From positions 985,550-1,049,549 of the forward strand of contig NW_003314329.1 in the NCBI RefSeq assembly GCF_000143415.4: a stretch of DNA of 64,000 nucleotides. Direction: 5' to 3'. Source of the stretch: Selaginella moellendorffii (taxonomy: Eukaryota > Plantae > Lycopodiophyta). The translations under genes were made by a program, and so were the position numbers. The notes below the pieces were generated by a model, which saw only the letters and a program-made list of their open reading frames with translations, did not search any database and was not told the origin of the DNA. Shown one piece after another: positions 62,302-64,000 of the stretch; positions within the stretch are counted from its first letter, which is position 1, and each line of letters starts with the position of its first letter.

Positions 62302-63306
62302 CCATTAAAGAGTTCCTTCAAAACTGATTTTTGAACCTCATTATCCCTACTATACTTTTAAAACCCCTTACAGCCCCCTTCCCCCTAAGAGATAATCACT
62401 TTGGGCTTTCACCCCATGACAGTATTAGTATTCAAACTTGGTTTTCGACTTGATCTTGGACTTGATCTCAGACTCAACCTCAGCCTTAGTCTCGGACTCG
62501 ATCTCGAACTTAATTTCATACTTGACTTCGGACTTAGTCTCAGACCCAATCTCGAATCTCAAACTCAATCTTTAAAAGTTATGTGAAGGTTTCATCACCA
62601 CTAGCAATAAGCAAGGATCTTCAAAAGCTGGATGTCAACAAAACCACTCTCTCCACCACAATTATAACGAGTCAATAGACAAAGCCTATGGCTCAATGCT
62701 ATTGGTATGGTAGAGTTGTGGTAGCAACCATGAGATGCAGTAGCATAAGACTAACTTTAAAAACAAAGGTAGTGAGAGAATATAAAGATTGTATTTAAAG
62801 ACTAACTATGGACATCTACTCAATTATAATACTGTAAGAAATCTAAATATTTGAAATTTTGTCAAACAAAGAAAATACTTTTCCGCATGTGTTTATTTTT
62901 TCCCCATGTTCAATTATAGAATATTTAATTTAATAGAAAGGTATTGCATAATTTTTTTTTTAAAAGTAAAGTATTCAAAATACATTATCTTAAAATAGTG
63001 TTTAAATTGTTTGAAGTTAATTAATATTATATACTAATAAAATTTTTAATAAAAATAAAATAATAAAGAAACATGATAATAATAATATAGCTACCAAGCA
63101 ATGAGTACAGCATTGTTATATTTGCAAAAGTTGTGGTCTTTTCTTGTTTACTTTGATCTTTGCACCATTCAAAACATTGGTCACACAGGTTTTGTGAATA
63201 AGGTAGATTTTAACTTATTTCTGATATGTGATTGATGCTCAAATTAAAGAAAATCTTAAAGGTTTAAATACTTCCATGTTGAGGAACTTAGATTAAATAG
63301 CTTAAA

Positions 63307-64000
63307 TTAATTGTTAACTAGGATAATAATTATATTCAAGTTAAGCAAATAATTGACGTTCTTCTTGAGTAAACCAGGAATTCTTGTCGCGTTTATGGCA
63401 AACGAGATCCACGCTAACAATGCATCGCTCCTTCGTCCAAGCACCATCTTGAGGTACATCCGGGACTCAGCTGCCTTGAATCTACACTGGCAGCTTGAGT
63501 GCTTGTGCACAATTACTGAGCGTGCCTCAGAGACGTGAACAAGGCCGAGAAAATCCTTGTAGAGCATCATACCAGTGATCTCATCGGCTTCAACTACAAC
63601 TTGAAGCCGGAAGCACAAGAGTTACTTTGACACTCTTGTCCTTCCGCTTTCAAGTTGTAGTTGAAGCCGATAAGTATAGCAAGCTAAGTAATGGATCCAT
63701 ACCCTCTCGTTAAGCCTCTCATTCCTCGAGGCTCTTCCATGGAAGAATGATCTGAGAATGTCACGAGTTTCATTATCACAAGAAAGACACCTGGTTACTT
63801 GCTTGATAATCACAGCGGTTTGCCTTGAGTCGTAATCTCAAGTCCAAAAGAAACGAACCACTCGCCAGTATCTCGCCTGAAAAGTAAAAAAGCACCGTTA
63901 CATGGGGGAGCTAAAAGACTGATTGCTTGAAACTTGCCTCTAGGGACGACGAAGGCTAGGAGTGTAACAAGCTTGAGACATCCGCAGCTCCAGTCACGAA
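63307..64000 (-). CDS. Probable 3' exons of an uncharacterised gene running off the window
   Basis: Return to genic GC content, adjacent minus-strand ORFs (63622-63813, 63307-63618) separated by intron-like GT/AG segments; no recognisable domain. Confidence 0.35.

Larger units (their letters stand above)
48121..62580 (-). mobile_element. Decayed family-A-like LTR broken into 48121-48435, 57432-57852 and 62301-62580 by later insertions
   Basis: AT-shifted but collinear match to the A LTR (aaatcacaaaattttcctttc..., gtaccacaagactta|atcat..., gctttcacccc + hexamer array). Confidence 0.65.

Overview
Eukaryotic plant nuclear DNA. The ~50-nt introns, tightly packed genes, PLS-E PPR gene and chromovirus content point to a lycophyte such as Selaginella (inference). 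1-13 kb is gene-dense: the 3' part of a B3 Raf-like MAPKKK (+), an intronless PLS-E PPR gene (-), a four-repeat voltage-gated Ca2+-channel-like gene (+; pore ring E/E/D/D, C-terminal IQ motif) and a WVD2-like/TPX2 microtubule protein (-). 13.3-16.7 kb is an AT-rich island with an intronless secreted protein carrying a bulb-type lectin domain. 16.7-62.6 kb is a deeply nested LTR-retrotransposon cluster: two full-length chromovirus copies of family A, two of family B, apparently non-coding family C, a decayed Gypsy fragment and a tandem 5S-carrying Cassandra TRIM; five insertions have readable 5-bp TSDs. A,B,C,D are my own labels. Most striking: both family A copies carry two short GT-AG spliceosomal-type introns inside the integrase gene, whose removal restores conserved motifs exactly, plus a candidate frame-switching intron at the gag-protease junction. 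Family B instead has a shared amber stop in a read-through-type context just before integrase. A four-domain Cav-like channel in an apparent vascular plant is the other main highlight.
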